Shown here: piece by piece, positions 50,558 through 62,791 of the stretch
Position numbering within the stretch: position 1 is the first letter of the stretch
Layout of the letters: each line of letters opens with the position of its first letter
Assembly (NCBI GenBank): GCA_028826165.1
Contig: JAPDFW010000069.1
Span: forward strand, 385,312 to 449,311
Length of the DNA: 64,000 nt
From: Anaeramoeba ignava BMAN
Taxonomy: Eukaryota > Protista > Anaeramoebae
Direction of reading: 5' to 3'
Notes under the pieces: generated by a model
Seen by the model: the letters and a program-made list of their open reading frames with translations, nothing else
Told to the model about the DNA's origin: nothing
Databases searched by the model: none
Translations under genes and position numbers: made by a program

Positions 50558-51784
50558 ATGGAAAAAGAAAAAGACAGAAAAATGCAAATTTTCATATTTG
50601 GAAACGCAGAAACAGGAAAACAAAGCATTGTGTTAAGATATTATCACGATCGTTTTATTGAAGAAACTGTCTCTCTATTTCATGAAGACGCTTTCCAAAA
50701 AAAGATCATTTTTGAAGAAAAAGAAATTATTGTTGAATCAATAGTATCCGCAAAAGAAAAACCTTATTCAGATTATTCACCTGCTGTTGCTAGTGCTTCC
50801 GATTGCTTGTTTTTTGTTTATTCAATTGATTCTGAAGACTCCTTTAACCAAATCCCTTCTCATTATCAAATTCTCAAAGGAGGTTTCAACGATCTCCAAA
50901 AATTTGAATTGATCCCAAAATTCCTTATTGCAAATAAAATTGATTTAAAAGATCAAAGAAAAATTCTTTTTGAAAAAGGTTTGCATTTTGCCAAAAAAAA
51001 TGGAATGCATTTTATCGAAGTTAGCGCGAAAACGGATGAAAACATCCAGTTGTTATTTGAAAAAGCTGTTGCGGAAGTGATCAAAACTAGAGATCCTTTG
51101 TTCCCATTCCTCAAAACTTTCCAACAAGAAATGATCCAATTTTTTGAAAGAAAAGAATTTACTGATTTTTCATTTCATTTTGAAAACACAAATGAAGAAC
51201 CCATTCCTTTGCATTCATTGATATTGAAATATCGATTGGGAAACGATTTCGAACCAAAACTCCAAATATTGAAAAATAGCGAAAAAGATGATGTTATACA
51301 ATTTTTGAAGTGTGTTTATTCAGGTCTAGAAAGATTTTATTCTTCAAAAACTCTAGAATTGTCCCAAAAAAGTGGAATAGAAATCAAAATTGGAAGAGAA
51401 AATTTAATTGAAGATATGAAAAAATTGGATTTGGATCAACAAAGTAAAGATTTTGAAATTGTTGTGAAAAATAGAAAAATCAAGGTTCATAAAATCATAT
51501 TAGCCTTGAGAAGTGAAGTTTATCGAGAAATGTTCAATAAAGTCAAAGATGATTCTGGGAAAGTGAAAGACTATACAAATTCAAAATTCAGTTCTATTCA
51601 AACTTTAATCCAATTTTTTTACACAGATACTATTGAAGAAGCAATTTCAATGGAAACTATTGAAGAATTAAAAGAAGCTCAAGATTTTTATCAGTTAAAC
51701 CCACAATCTTCTCTTTCTGTTCAATTAAAGTATTTTGAAAAGAAGAAAAAAGAACAAAAAGGAAATAAATGTTTGATTTTCTAA
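50558..51784 (+). CDS. Ras/Rab-like GTPase domain + tandem BTB + CaaX (KCLIF)
   Basis: G1-like GNAETGKQS, G4 NKID and G5 EVSAK, then LHSLILKYR and VHKIILALRSEVYREMF. Confidence 0.88.
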   Translation: MEKEKDRKMQIFIFGNAETGKQSIVLRYYHDRFIEETVSLFHEDAFQKKIIFEEKEIIVESIVSAKEKPYSDYSPAVASASDCLFFVYSIDSEDSFNQIPSHYQILKGGFNDLQKFELIPKFLIANKIDLKDQRKILFEKGLHFAKKNGMHFIEVSAKTDENIQLLFEKAVAEVIKTRDPLFPFLKTFQQEMIQFFERKEFTDFSFHFENTNEEPIPLHSLILKYRLGNDFEPKLQILKNSEKDDVIQFLKCVYSGLERFYSSKTLELSQKSGIEIKIGRENLIEDMKKLDLDQQSKDFEIVVKNRKIKVHKIILALRSEVYREMFNKVKDDSGKVKDYTNSKFSSIQTLIQFFYTDTIEEAISMETIEELKEAQDFYQLNPQSSLSVQLKYFEKKKKEQKGNKCLIF

Positions 51785-51817
51785 ATTTTCATTTTTTTCA
51801 TTTTTTTCTTTTCAAAA

Positions 51818-53578
51818 ATGAATGAAATTATATTTTTTGGTCAAAATTCAAATCCAAAACTTTTCAAAAATGAATCAAATATAATAACAAAGCCAATTCA
51901 ATTTAAATTTGAAAATGAAAATGAAAATAAAAAACAAATTAAACAAATTGCATCAGGTTATTCTGGAACAATTTTCCTTTTTAAAAATGGAAAAGCAATA
52001 GAATACTCAAATAATTCAAATCAAAATCCTTCAAAAATCCAAATTGAAAATATTCAAAAAGTAACTGTTGGTTTTCAAAATGAAGTTATTTTAACAATAG
52101 AAGGAAATGTATTTGCCAAAGGAATATATATTAATCCAAAAAATCCAAATCAATTTATCAATATTTCATCATTAATTGAAGATAAAAATGACAGAATAAT
52201 TCAAGATATTGTTTCTGGATGGAATTCAATTTACTTATTAACTTCAAATCAAAATGCTTATGGAATTGGTTCAAATGATTATGGCCAAGTTGGTTTTGAT
52301 TCTAAAACAACTCAAACACAAAAACCAATTTTAATGATGAAAAATGTTTCTAAAATATTTTCAGGAAATTCTTCAAATCATGTTTTTCTTTTAAATTCAA
52401 ATCAAGAATTATTTGGGTGCGGAAATAATGAATATGGTCAACTTGGATTAGGAGAATCAAGAAAAGAAGAAACAAAAATCCCTAAATTAACCAAAATCCA
52501 AAATATTCCAAAAGGCAAAATAAATGATATTCAATGTGGATATGCTCATTCAATAATGTTGATTGAAAATCAAGATGAAAAAAGAAAATTTTATTCATGT
52601 GGAAGATATTACTTTAATGGACTTGGTAAAAATGAAGATACTTATGAATTTACTGAAATTAAATCATCTTTATTTGAAAATGATGATAATATTCTTGATT
52701 TTTCTGTTGGATGTTTCCAGAATTTGATTTTAACTTCTAAAAGAAAGATTATAGGATTTGGAGGTAATTTTTCTGGTGAATTAGGAACTGGAGATACAAT
52801 TAAACAACCAATTCCTATTCAAATTGAATTTCCTAAATTAAGATTTAATGAAAATATTTCTAATTATCATTTTTGTTCTGCATATTACAATTCATTTCTT
52901 TATTATTCTTCTCTTTCTTTTTCCAATCTTGAAGAAGATTTGATAAAACTTTATCAAAGAAAAGAATTTTGTGATATTTCATTTAAAACCGAAAATGGAG
53001 AAATAATTGAAGCTCATAAATTAATATTGAAATATAGATTAAATCAAAATCAAAATCAAAATCAAAATCAAAATGAAAATCAAATTGAAAAACTTCAAGA
53101 AATTATTTCAAAAAAATCAATTAAAGAATCAAATCAAATATTTGAAATGATTTATTCAAACAAAATAATAAATCCAATATTATATTCTGAAATTAAAGAA
53201 ATTATAAATTCAAATGAAAAAATTGAAGAAATAATGAAAAGAATTTATTTAAATGAAAAAGAAAAAGATTTTATTATTGAAAGAAAAGAAAAACAATATA
53301 AATTCCCAAAATTAATATTAATAATGAGAAGTGAATTATATCGAGGAATGTTTTTATCTGTAACTGAAGATAAATCTAATAAAGTTACAGATTATAGTGA
53401 ATTAAGTAATAAATCATTTCAAATATTAGAATATTGGATTTATTCAAATCAAATTAAAGAAGATATCCAAATTACACAAGAAATAATTGATGAAATTCAA
53501 GTTGGAATTGATTATTTTCAATTAAATGAAACAAATCCAAATTTATTTGATTTATTAATTCAAAAATTTAATAATTAA
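51818..53578 (+). CDS. RCC1-BTB copy 5 (intact, 586 aa)
   Basis: Single uninterrupted ORF with the same architecture as the other copies. Confidence 0.92.
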   Translation: MNEIIFFGQNSNPKLFKNESNIITKPIQFKFENENENKKQIKQIASGYSGTIFLFKNGKAIEYSNNSNQNPSKIQIENIQKVTVGFQNEVILTIEGNVFAKGIYINPKNPNQFINISSLIEDKNDRIIQDIVSGWNSIYLLTSNQNAYGIGSNDYGQVGFDSKTTQTQKPILMMKNVSKIFSGNSSNHVFLLNSNQELFGCGNNEYGQLGLGESRKEETKIPKLTKIQNIPKGKINDIQCGYAHSIMLIENQDEKRKFYSCGRYYFNGLGKNEDTYEFTEIKSSLFENDDNILDFSVGCFQNLILTSKRKIIGFGGNFSGELGTGDTIKQPIPIQIEFPKLRFNENISNYHFCSAYYNSFLYYSSLSFSNLEEDLIKLYQRKEFCDISFKTENGEIIEAHKLILKYRLNQNQNQNQNQNENQIEKLQEIISKKSIKESNQIFEMIYSNKIINPILYSEIKEIINSNEKIEEIMKRIYLNEKEKDFIIERKEKQYKFPKLILIMRSELYRGMFLSVTEDKSNKVTDYSELSNKSFQILEYWIYSNQIKEDIQITQEIIDEIQVGIDYFQLNETNPNLFDLLIQKFNN

Positions 53579-53915
53579 AATTAAAATTAAAATTAAAATT
53601 AAAATTAAAATTAATATTTAAAAATTAAAATTAAAATTAAAATTAAAATTAAAATTAAAATTAAAATTAAAATTAAAATTAAAATTAAAATTAAAATTAA
53701 AATTAAAATTAAAATCGAAATTAAAATTAAAATTAAAATTAAAATTAAAATCAAAATTAAAATTAAAATTAAAATTAAAATTAAAATTAAAATTAAAAAT
53801 TAAAATTAAAATTAAAATTAAAATTAAAATTAAAATTAAATTCAAAATTAAAATTAAATTCAAAATCAAAATTAAAATCAAAATTAAAATTAAAAATTAA
53901 AATTAAAATTAAAAT
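53575..53915. repeat. (TTAAAA)n microsatellite
   Basis: Seen directly in the sequence. Confidence 0.92.
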
Positions 53916-54015
53916 TTTTTGGATTTATTAATAAATGAAATAATCAATAAAAAATGATTTTTCATTTTTTTCTTCTTTTCTTTTTTTGGTTTTTCTTAAA
54001 TTTATTATTTTTAAA

Positions 54016-57000
54016 ATGCTTTTTAAATTATCGTTCCTTTTCTTTTTTGTAATTTTTCTTTTTTTGCAAGGTCAACTTCTCACTTATATTTTTACTTATC
54101 AAAAAAATAATCAAAAATTAAAATCATTTATAGATTTTTTTAGGTTTCTTTCAAACTGCTTATTCGGAAGATCACAGTAAATTCAATCAGTTCCCAATTT
54201 TAAATTTTTTTTTTTGCCTTCTTATCTTTTTTTTATTTTTTTTTGATATTTTTTTTTTTCAGCTTTTTGTCCCCAAAATTTTGATTGGGATCTAATTAAT
54301 TCAAACTCAGTAAATTATTTCAGAACTTGTTGTGCAGGTATCTACAATTATAATTTTACTTCTGCAAATTTAAATGAGATACAAAATGTAAATTTTGCTT
54401 TTGATGTTTTTTTTTCAATAAAAATTTGGAATTAAAAATTAATTATTTATTTATTTAGGCAACTTTTTATGCTACAGATCCAGAAGCAGGTGATTTTGAA
54501 TGTTCTATAACTCCTATCTTACATTTAGACTTCGAATCTGGTTTTAATGTAAAACAAATCAAAATTTTTTCAAATTTCACTCTTTGAACTAAATTCGAAA
54601 TAAAAAACAAAAACAATTTAGATCACCAATTCTCAAAAAATCATTTTTAATGCGACTGGATTTTCTTTTCGAATAAATGATATGAAAACAACAGTAAATA
54701 AATCGGAAGTGTATTTTTATGGATCAATTTCTTTCATTCATCCCGTTTCCTCAATAAAAGGAGGTTTAGAAAATCCTTGTCCTGCTTTCGATATCTTCAA
54801 CTCTTCTTATGTTTATTTTGAAGATGTTGATTTTGTACAAATTGGAAATTGTAATGCTTCTTTGGAACCTTTGATTTTAATGGAAGATAGCCAAATACAA
54901 ATAGATTCAATAATCCATGACTCAGACGAATTCCTCTCAATGACCAATCCAACAGTAACTGGTTTAACTTCAAAAATTAATTTCTCAGAGGGAAATCCTA
55001 CTACAATGAACATTAGAATTGTAAACCCAAGAGAGCTTGCATCCGAGGATCAAAATGTTGTGGAAATCCAATCTCAAGAAGATATTGATGGTGTATATCT
55101 GATGGGAGATGCCATTCGTTTTTCTGGTTCCTCTCTCATTTGGATTGCATCAGTCAGTATTTCAAAGGGAACGATTGAATTTGATCAAAATATAATGATA
55201 GGGTTTGCAAATGTAGTTGGTAGGGTACGCTTATATGGTAATGGAAATGCACAGTTTACGAATCTCTATTGCGGTTATGCTTCTGAGCTAATTTCAAATA
55301 TTTCCGTGGAGATTTATACGCTTGATGGAACAGAAGCAGCAAGCATTTTATTTCAAAAATATGCAGAAATTCATAACATACTCGATACTGTTTTTTTGGA
55401 TATAACAATAGAAAATGCAGATGTTTCAATTGCTCAAGTAGAATCATCTGATTTGATCGAAAAACTTGAATTACAAGGTTCATCCTCGTTTGAATGCTCA
55501 GATATTTTATACATCCCAACTGTTGAAGTAATTGGTTTTGGGCCAACCTTCAAAAATGGTTTCTATTCAATTTCTAATATTTCTATTAGATCCGAATTAT
55601 GCTTATCTAATGTAAGTATGCCCATTTCGAATTTAGTTGAAGGATCATTCGATTTTCTTCGTCTTGATAATTTGAGCGCAGTCGGTTTTCAATTACGGAA
55701 TAACATCACAATCGAAAATGTTATCTCTGAAAATGGGATTATCCTATCAGACAATTGGATTTTTATTAACAACATCTTTTCAGAAACTTTAATTTATTTG
55801 ACAGGCTATTTTGAATTAACTTCTCTTGTCAATGCTTCAATAATCCAATTTGAAGATTCTATGGTTACAATACAAAGCGGTTGCCAAATTACCGCATCTA
55901 CAAACAATTTAACATTTTGGGCCAGCAGTTCAATTTTTGATTTGCAAATGGATGAAGTGGAGATATGGAACTTTGAATCAGAAAATTCTTCCTTCTCTGG
56001 GAACGGGACAAATTCAATCCATATTTTGGATTCTATGATAAGTGATTATGATGAATTCCATGAAATTGAACTTACGTTAGAAATTTCAAATTTGTCTTCT
56101 CTGGAGAATAGTTGGTTGTCATTTTATAAATCCAATCTTATCTTTCATCAACCAGTAACTATAAGTAATTATCTCGAACTTTACAATACTTCTGTTACAG
56201 GAGCTCTAATCACCCTTCCAAGATATCAACATATTTGGTTTGAAGATTGCATTAATTCGGTTCAAATCGATTCATTGAATATTTCTGGATCTTTAGACTT
56301 GATAAATTCTTCTTTATCATTCAGTATTCAAGCTAGTTCGCAATTCGAGATCTTGGAAATTTCAGACGCTTCTTTTGAATTAACAAATCCGCAAGATTTA
56401 TATGAAGTTGAAATGCTTTATCTGCTAAATGGATCAATATCCAATCTGAATATTATTCCTGAAGAATTTTATCTCCGTGAATATTCCAATTTAAAAAACT
56501 CAACAATTGTACTAAGCAGTGCCTATGACCTATATTTGGAATCTTCGCTAACTCAAATTTTTGGAGATCAACTTTCCAGTATTAGTATTCTATCAGGTGA
56601 AATTATCGGAGATTTTTCTTTCCAATTAAATTCAATTAATTTTTCATTTTATGGGAGCGAGTTTGAATTGTTTAGTGGATATGATTTGATTCTTTCTAAT
56701 AATTCTTATCTTTATTTGGGTGATGACTCAACTTATATTTCACTTGATTACTTATCTGTTACAGATTCCATTCTTCAAACTGAAGCTGGAATTGATGTGG
56801 AAGATCTTGAAATTTTTAATTCTGAATTTTGGGTTGACGAACTCAGGATTTTTTCAAGTTTTCAATTTCAAGAATACCAAATCAAAAATATCGAGATATA
56901 TTTTGATAATTATGTAGAAATGATATTTGATTTCCCAACAACAATTTCCAATTCAACAATTAGAAATTATGGGCAGATGGAATTTTCATCAGAAATCGTA

Positions 57001-60000
57001 TTGGAAAATATTTCATTGGTAAATGGGGGATTGTTGAAAATGTTTTCCAATTTTTCCATATATGGCACTTTTTCTCTATCCAATTATGATACAATTCACT
57101 TTGGATCATCGCCGCCAATTGATACAAATGAAAAAAAAGGAAAAAAGGAAGAAGGAGTTCGTGGGGATATTCTTTTGTTTGCTGCTGATGGATATATTTA
57201 TAACCAAAATTACATGTATTTGGATGTAAATTTGAAGTTAAATGGATCTCTTATCCAGGAATACGCTGCAACAATTGAATTTAAAGAAGGATCTGGAATT
57301 GAAACAAATCATCTCCATTTTCATAACGGAGTTATGCAAGGAAGTAATTTGGAAACCATAAAGGTGAATAACGGATTTCTTTGGGAAAATGGCCAAATTA
57401 GTTCAATAAAACTTGAATATCCTTCGGGTGTTATCACAAATGGCGTGTTTAATATTTATGACTCTCAAATTATTTGTAACGATACAACATTAATCGATTC
57501 TATCGTTTATATGGGAGATTCACAAATTACAACTTTCTCAACATTCCAAATCACATCTTCTTCGTCCATACAAAAGCAATATGGGATAAATTCAATAATT
57601 AATTATGGTTATTTTATTTCTCTCTGTGGAGATATTGAAGTAGATATGATAAATCATGGTTATCTCCATATAGAAACTGAGAACGTTTATTTGAAAGCTC
57701 TTCAAAATTATGGTTCAATTTATTTGAAAGGATATGTTTCAATTACCGACGAGGCTATTAATTATGGGGATATGGAATTCCATACACCTCCTCCAACAAG
57801 TAACAATTCAGGATCACTTACAACAAATTTAGAAATTCATCCCTTTTCAAATGGATTAAAATCAATTGAATCTTCAAGTTTCCAAAACTTTGGCAATCTC
57901 CAAATTGTAGAACACACAACTTTTACAGGAAATTTCTCAACTTCATCGAACAGCACAATCACAGTTGAAATTTCTAATGAATATCAAACACCATTGTCCT
58001 TGAATGGAGGCTATATTTATTTATCCGGTTTAATTGATGTTTCTTTTGTGATTGCTCAATTTCAACCAGAACTAGAACAAGCCTTTACAATTATATATTT
58101 TGGAAGTGTCACAGGAAAAGATTATTCCACACTTGAATATTATGATTCAACAGAAAAATTTGAGTAATCAATTTATTTTCTTACACTTTTTTTTTTCAAT
58201 CTAAATTAACTTTCAAATTAAAATGTTTAGGGTTAATTTCGAAACTAATCAAATTCAATATGTTTTTATGGGATGCCAAACTGGATCTTATTCAGCAGAT
58301 TTATATTCCGAATGCCAACCTTGTGGATATGGACGCTATTCATCATCAAGAGGTTCTTTTTTTTGTAATTATTGCCCATTAGGATATTATACAAATCAAA
58401 CAGGATCATCAGATTGTTCACCATGTTCACAAGGCACATTTTCTTCAAAAACTGGAGCAATAAATTGCCAGCTTTGTGTCCCTGGAACTTTTACTGCAAA
58501 TAATGGATCACAATGGTGTTCAGAATGTCCTGATGGATATTATACTGATTATGAAGGAGCAACTGAGTGCACAAAATGTGGAACAGGTCATCAAACAAAA
58601 AATCCTTCTAGTTGTGATCCTTGTCCAAGTGGAACTTATAATAATAAGGAGGCATCTCTGTGTGTTCTCTGTTCTTCTGGAACATATTCTGGAGTTGGAG
58701 CAATATCATGCACTGCATGTGGAAAAGATTATTATCAAGATCAACTTGGTATTTTAATTTTAATTTGATTTGATTTTAAATATTTTAATTTTAATTTTAA
58801 TTTGAATTTGTTAGGTCAACCAAGTTGTAAAAATTGTCCTGCAAATACAATCACTTTTAGTCAAGGTTCAACTTTAATTTCTGAATGTGTTTGTAGAGAA
58901 GGAATGTATGGAGAACCTGGTGGAAATTGTAAAGAATGCCCTGAAGGTGGTATTTGTGATGTAGCAGGAATTACAGAACCTCAAGTAAAAGCAGGATATT
59001 GGGCTGATGATAACCTCAATTTCTATCATTGTGATCCTTTTGAAGCTTGTCCTGGAGGAGCAAAAGGAACTTGTAATTCAAATTTGGGATATGAAGGTGT
59101 GATGTGTTCAGAATGTTCTAAAGGATTTTATAGGATTTCTGGTAGATGTGAAAAATGTCCAGCAAATGCAAAAACTAGATTGATAATTGCTTTCTTTTTA
59201 ATCATGATATTTGCTATCATCTTGTTAATTATTGTTAGAAGTCAAGCAAGATCTTATTTTGGAAGTTTAAGTATTGCATTTTCTTTCTTCCAAATCTTAG
59301 CAACACTTCCCAAAATGAATATTAATTGGCCACCAAGATTACAAGATTTCATGAATAGTTTAACTTCTTTTAATTTTAATGTTGATTTGGTTGCTCCTGA
59401 ATGTAGTATCTCAGCTTCATTCACTGGCAAATGGTTTGCAGTTATGTTGATTCCATTTGTAGTTTTTGCAATGTTTGCTTTTCTTTTTCTTATTGTTAGA
59501 CTTCATGCAATTATCGTGAAAAAATGCGGTTCAAAATTTGCTAATAAATTCCCAAGATTTTGTTCAAGACCAACAAGGAAAACAACAAACAAATATCTTC
59601 TTCCCTTCTCATGGATCCGTTTCCAAATTAGCAAATTATTCACACATGGGAATTCATCAGCTAAAAAATTATATTCCACTTTCATTAACGGATATGTTGC
59701 TTTTGCTTTTCTTGTTTATTTGGTTTTATGCCAATGGGTATTCGATTTATTTTCTTGCACAAAACAAGCAGATGGGATTTACACATTAAATGCAGCACCA
59801 AGCTATCGATGCTATAACGATCCTTGGTGGAAAAATGGCAGTTGGAGGTGTTCTTTTTGGATTGCTTTTTATGTTATTGGAATTCAGCTTTTATTATCTT
59901 TATGCTTTTTTATCACAGTAAAAAATATAATGATGAAATGTTTTATTCAAGACTCAGTTTGTTATGCTCAAGATTTAGAAGAGAATGTTTTTCTGGGGAA

Positions 60001-60720
60001 TTGATTGTGATGGCAAGAAAAGCCTTGTTTGTTTTACACTTTACTTTATTTCAATTTTGCTTCCTGATTCGCAAATTCGATTGTTGATTCTTATTCTTTT
60101 GATTGCCATTATTTTTACAAGTTGCTTTTGAACCTTATGATGATACTCAAGGAAGAAATCGAGCGGAAATCATTTTGTTATGTGTTCTTGAAATTGTGAT
60201 GATTTCGAGTTTTGTTTTTGTTTCAGATGAAAGTGGAGATACAAAAGCCAAAGAAAGAATTGAAACTTTCATTTTGATTCTAATTTGGATGGTACTATTG
60301 TTATATTCTTTGTTCTTTTCAATGAAATTGTTGAAAGAGTGAAATACAAAAAGAAAAGAAAAGATCAAAAAGGAATCGAGAAAGAGATCTTCTTGAAGTT
60401 CTTAAAGAATCTGAATTTATTGTGTTTCTGGATCAAAACCTTCATTTGATTTGATTGTTCAATGGATTGGAACATTAAGTAAAAAGAATCATCCAAATTT
60501 GCAAATTTTATCAGTCAATTTGATGGTTTAATTCAAAAATTCAGTTCAATTTCCAGAACAAAAATATTTGGATAATTGGAAATTAATTGAAACTGAATTG
60601 AAAAATTGGTATGAACAAAAGAGCAAACTATTAAAGAGAAATTGATGTTTTCAAATCTTATTAATTCACTTTTTATGTATCTTGTTGAAAAAGGAGATAA
60701 TCCAATTCAAAGATGAGATT
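54016..60720 (+). CDS. Large cell-surface protein: signal peptide, long beta-rich ectodomain, Cys-rich (GCC2/GCC3, ephrin-receptor-like) repeats, multi-pass TM C-terminus; 3' end approximate
   Basis: ATG 54016 (MLFKLSFLFFFVIFLFLQ) and several short 5' exons splice into ORF 54682. Introns after 58163 and after 58748 join the CxxCxxGxY repeats and hydrophobic helices. The 3' part is frameshifted. Confidence 0.75.
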
Positions 60721-60855
60721 GAATAATCAAAATATATATTCCACTTTCTCAAAACGAAAATGAAAAAGAAAAAGAAAAGAATCAAATGATTTGAATTGAA
60801 AAAAATATTTTTCATTTTTCTTTTCAAAAATTCAAAAACTAAAAATAAAAAGAAA

Positions 60856-62690
60856 ATGATGAAATTTTATTTTTGTCAAAATTCAAATCAAAACTTTTCA
60901 AAATGAATCAGATAAAATAACAAAACCAATTCAATTTAAATTTGAAAATGAAAATGAAAAATGAAAATGAAAAACAAATTGTCATTTGAAATTATTCAAC
61001 AATTTTTCCTTTTGAAAATGGAAAAGTAGAAATAAATGAAAATGAAATTATTCAAATCAAAATCCTGAAAATATTCAAATTGAAAATATTCAAAAAGTAA
61101 CTGTTGGTTATCGAAATGAAGCTATTTTAACAATAGAGGGAAATGTATTTGCCAAAGGAATATATATCAATCCATTTAATAAAAGAATTTATCAATATTT
61201 CATCATTAATTGAAGATATAAATGATAGAATAATTGAAGATATTGTTTCTGATTTGATTCAATTTACTTATTAACTTCAAATCATAATGTTTATGGAATT
61301 GGTTCAAATTTATGGTCAACTTGGTTTTGATTCTGAAAACACTTCAAAAACAGAAAAACCAATTTTAATGATGAAAATGTTTCTAAAATATTTTCAGGAA
61401 ATTCTTCAAAATCATGTTTTTCTTTTAAATTCAAATCAAAAATTATTTGGATGCGGTCATAATTATTATAGTCAACTTGATTAGAGAATCAATAGAAGAA
61501 GAAAGAATCAAAAATTAACCAAAATCCAAAAATATTCAAAAAGGCAAAATAATTGATATTCAATGTGAGATTCTCATTCAATAATGTTGATTGAAGATGA
61601 AAATGAAAATGAAAATCAAAAAGAAAGTTTTTATTCATGTGGAAATCCTGGATGCAATGGGTTGGCAAAGATGAAAATACTTATGAATTTACTGAAATTA
61701 AATCATCTTTATTTGAAAATGATGATAATATTATTGATTTTTCTGTTGGATGTTTCCAGAATTTGATTTTAACCAAAAGAAAGATTTATATAGGTTTGGA
61801 AAGTATTTTTTTCTGGTGAATTAGGAACTGATACAAATACACAACCAATTCCAATTCAAATTGAATTTTAAATTACAAGAAGATTTATTAATGAAAATAT
61901 TTCCAACAATTATCATATTTCTTCTTTCTGCATATATTGTTAATTGCTTTCTTTATTATTTTCACTCAATCTTGGCGAAGATTTGATATAAAAACTATTT
62001 ATTATGTTAAATTTTGTGATATTTATCATTTAAAACAATCAAAAATGGAGTAGAAAATAATTTAGGTATTCACAGCAACTGTCACACAATAAAAACATGA
62101 TAAAAACTGCAACCAAAAATCAAAACTGTAAAAATGCAAATGAAAACTCAAGAAATTATACTGCAAAATCACCAAAGAACAACCACAATACAACACGAAT
62201 GAATGGTATTCAAACAGAATGAATAATAAATCAATATACATATTCCGAAACAAAAAGAAACTTATAAACTAAAATGAAAACGTCTGAAGAAACAACGAAA
62301 AGTTGAATCATTTTAAACGAAACGAAACGGAGTTAATACAAAATAACAATATTTTATAATTGAAAGAAAAGACAATATATATACATCACTCGGATTGAAT
62401 ATTGACAATGAGAAGTGAATTATAGAATGATGATAATTGTTTTATCCGAAGATAAATCCAATAAAGTTACAGATTCAATATAGTGAACGGGTTAATATAA
62501 ACTACTCTGTAACATCGAATACTGATTTTATCCAACCAAATCAAAGGAAGATAAAGATCCAAATTGCCACAAGAAATAATTGATGAAAATTGCCGTTGAA
62601 TTGATTATTTCATTGTTCTAAATGTAAACAACCAAAATTTATTTGATTTCATTAATTCTGCAATGTTTGGAAATCAGAACCGAAGCCACA
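60856..62690 (+). pseudogene. RCC1-BTB copy 6, indel-ridden (probably a low-quality consensus rather than true decay)
   Basis: Nucleotide similarity to copy 5, with indel density rising rightwards. Confidence 0.65.
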
Positions 62691-62791
62691 GGAGACAGAG
62701 AGAGTAACAGAGAAATTGATAATGATGTCTATATTTTAAATTAAAATTAAAATTAAATACAAAATTAAAATTAATTATTTATCTTTTCAAA

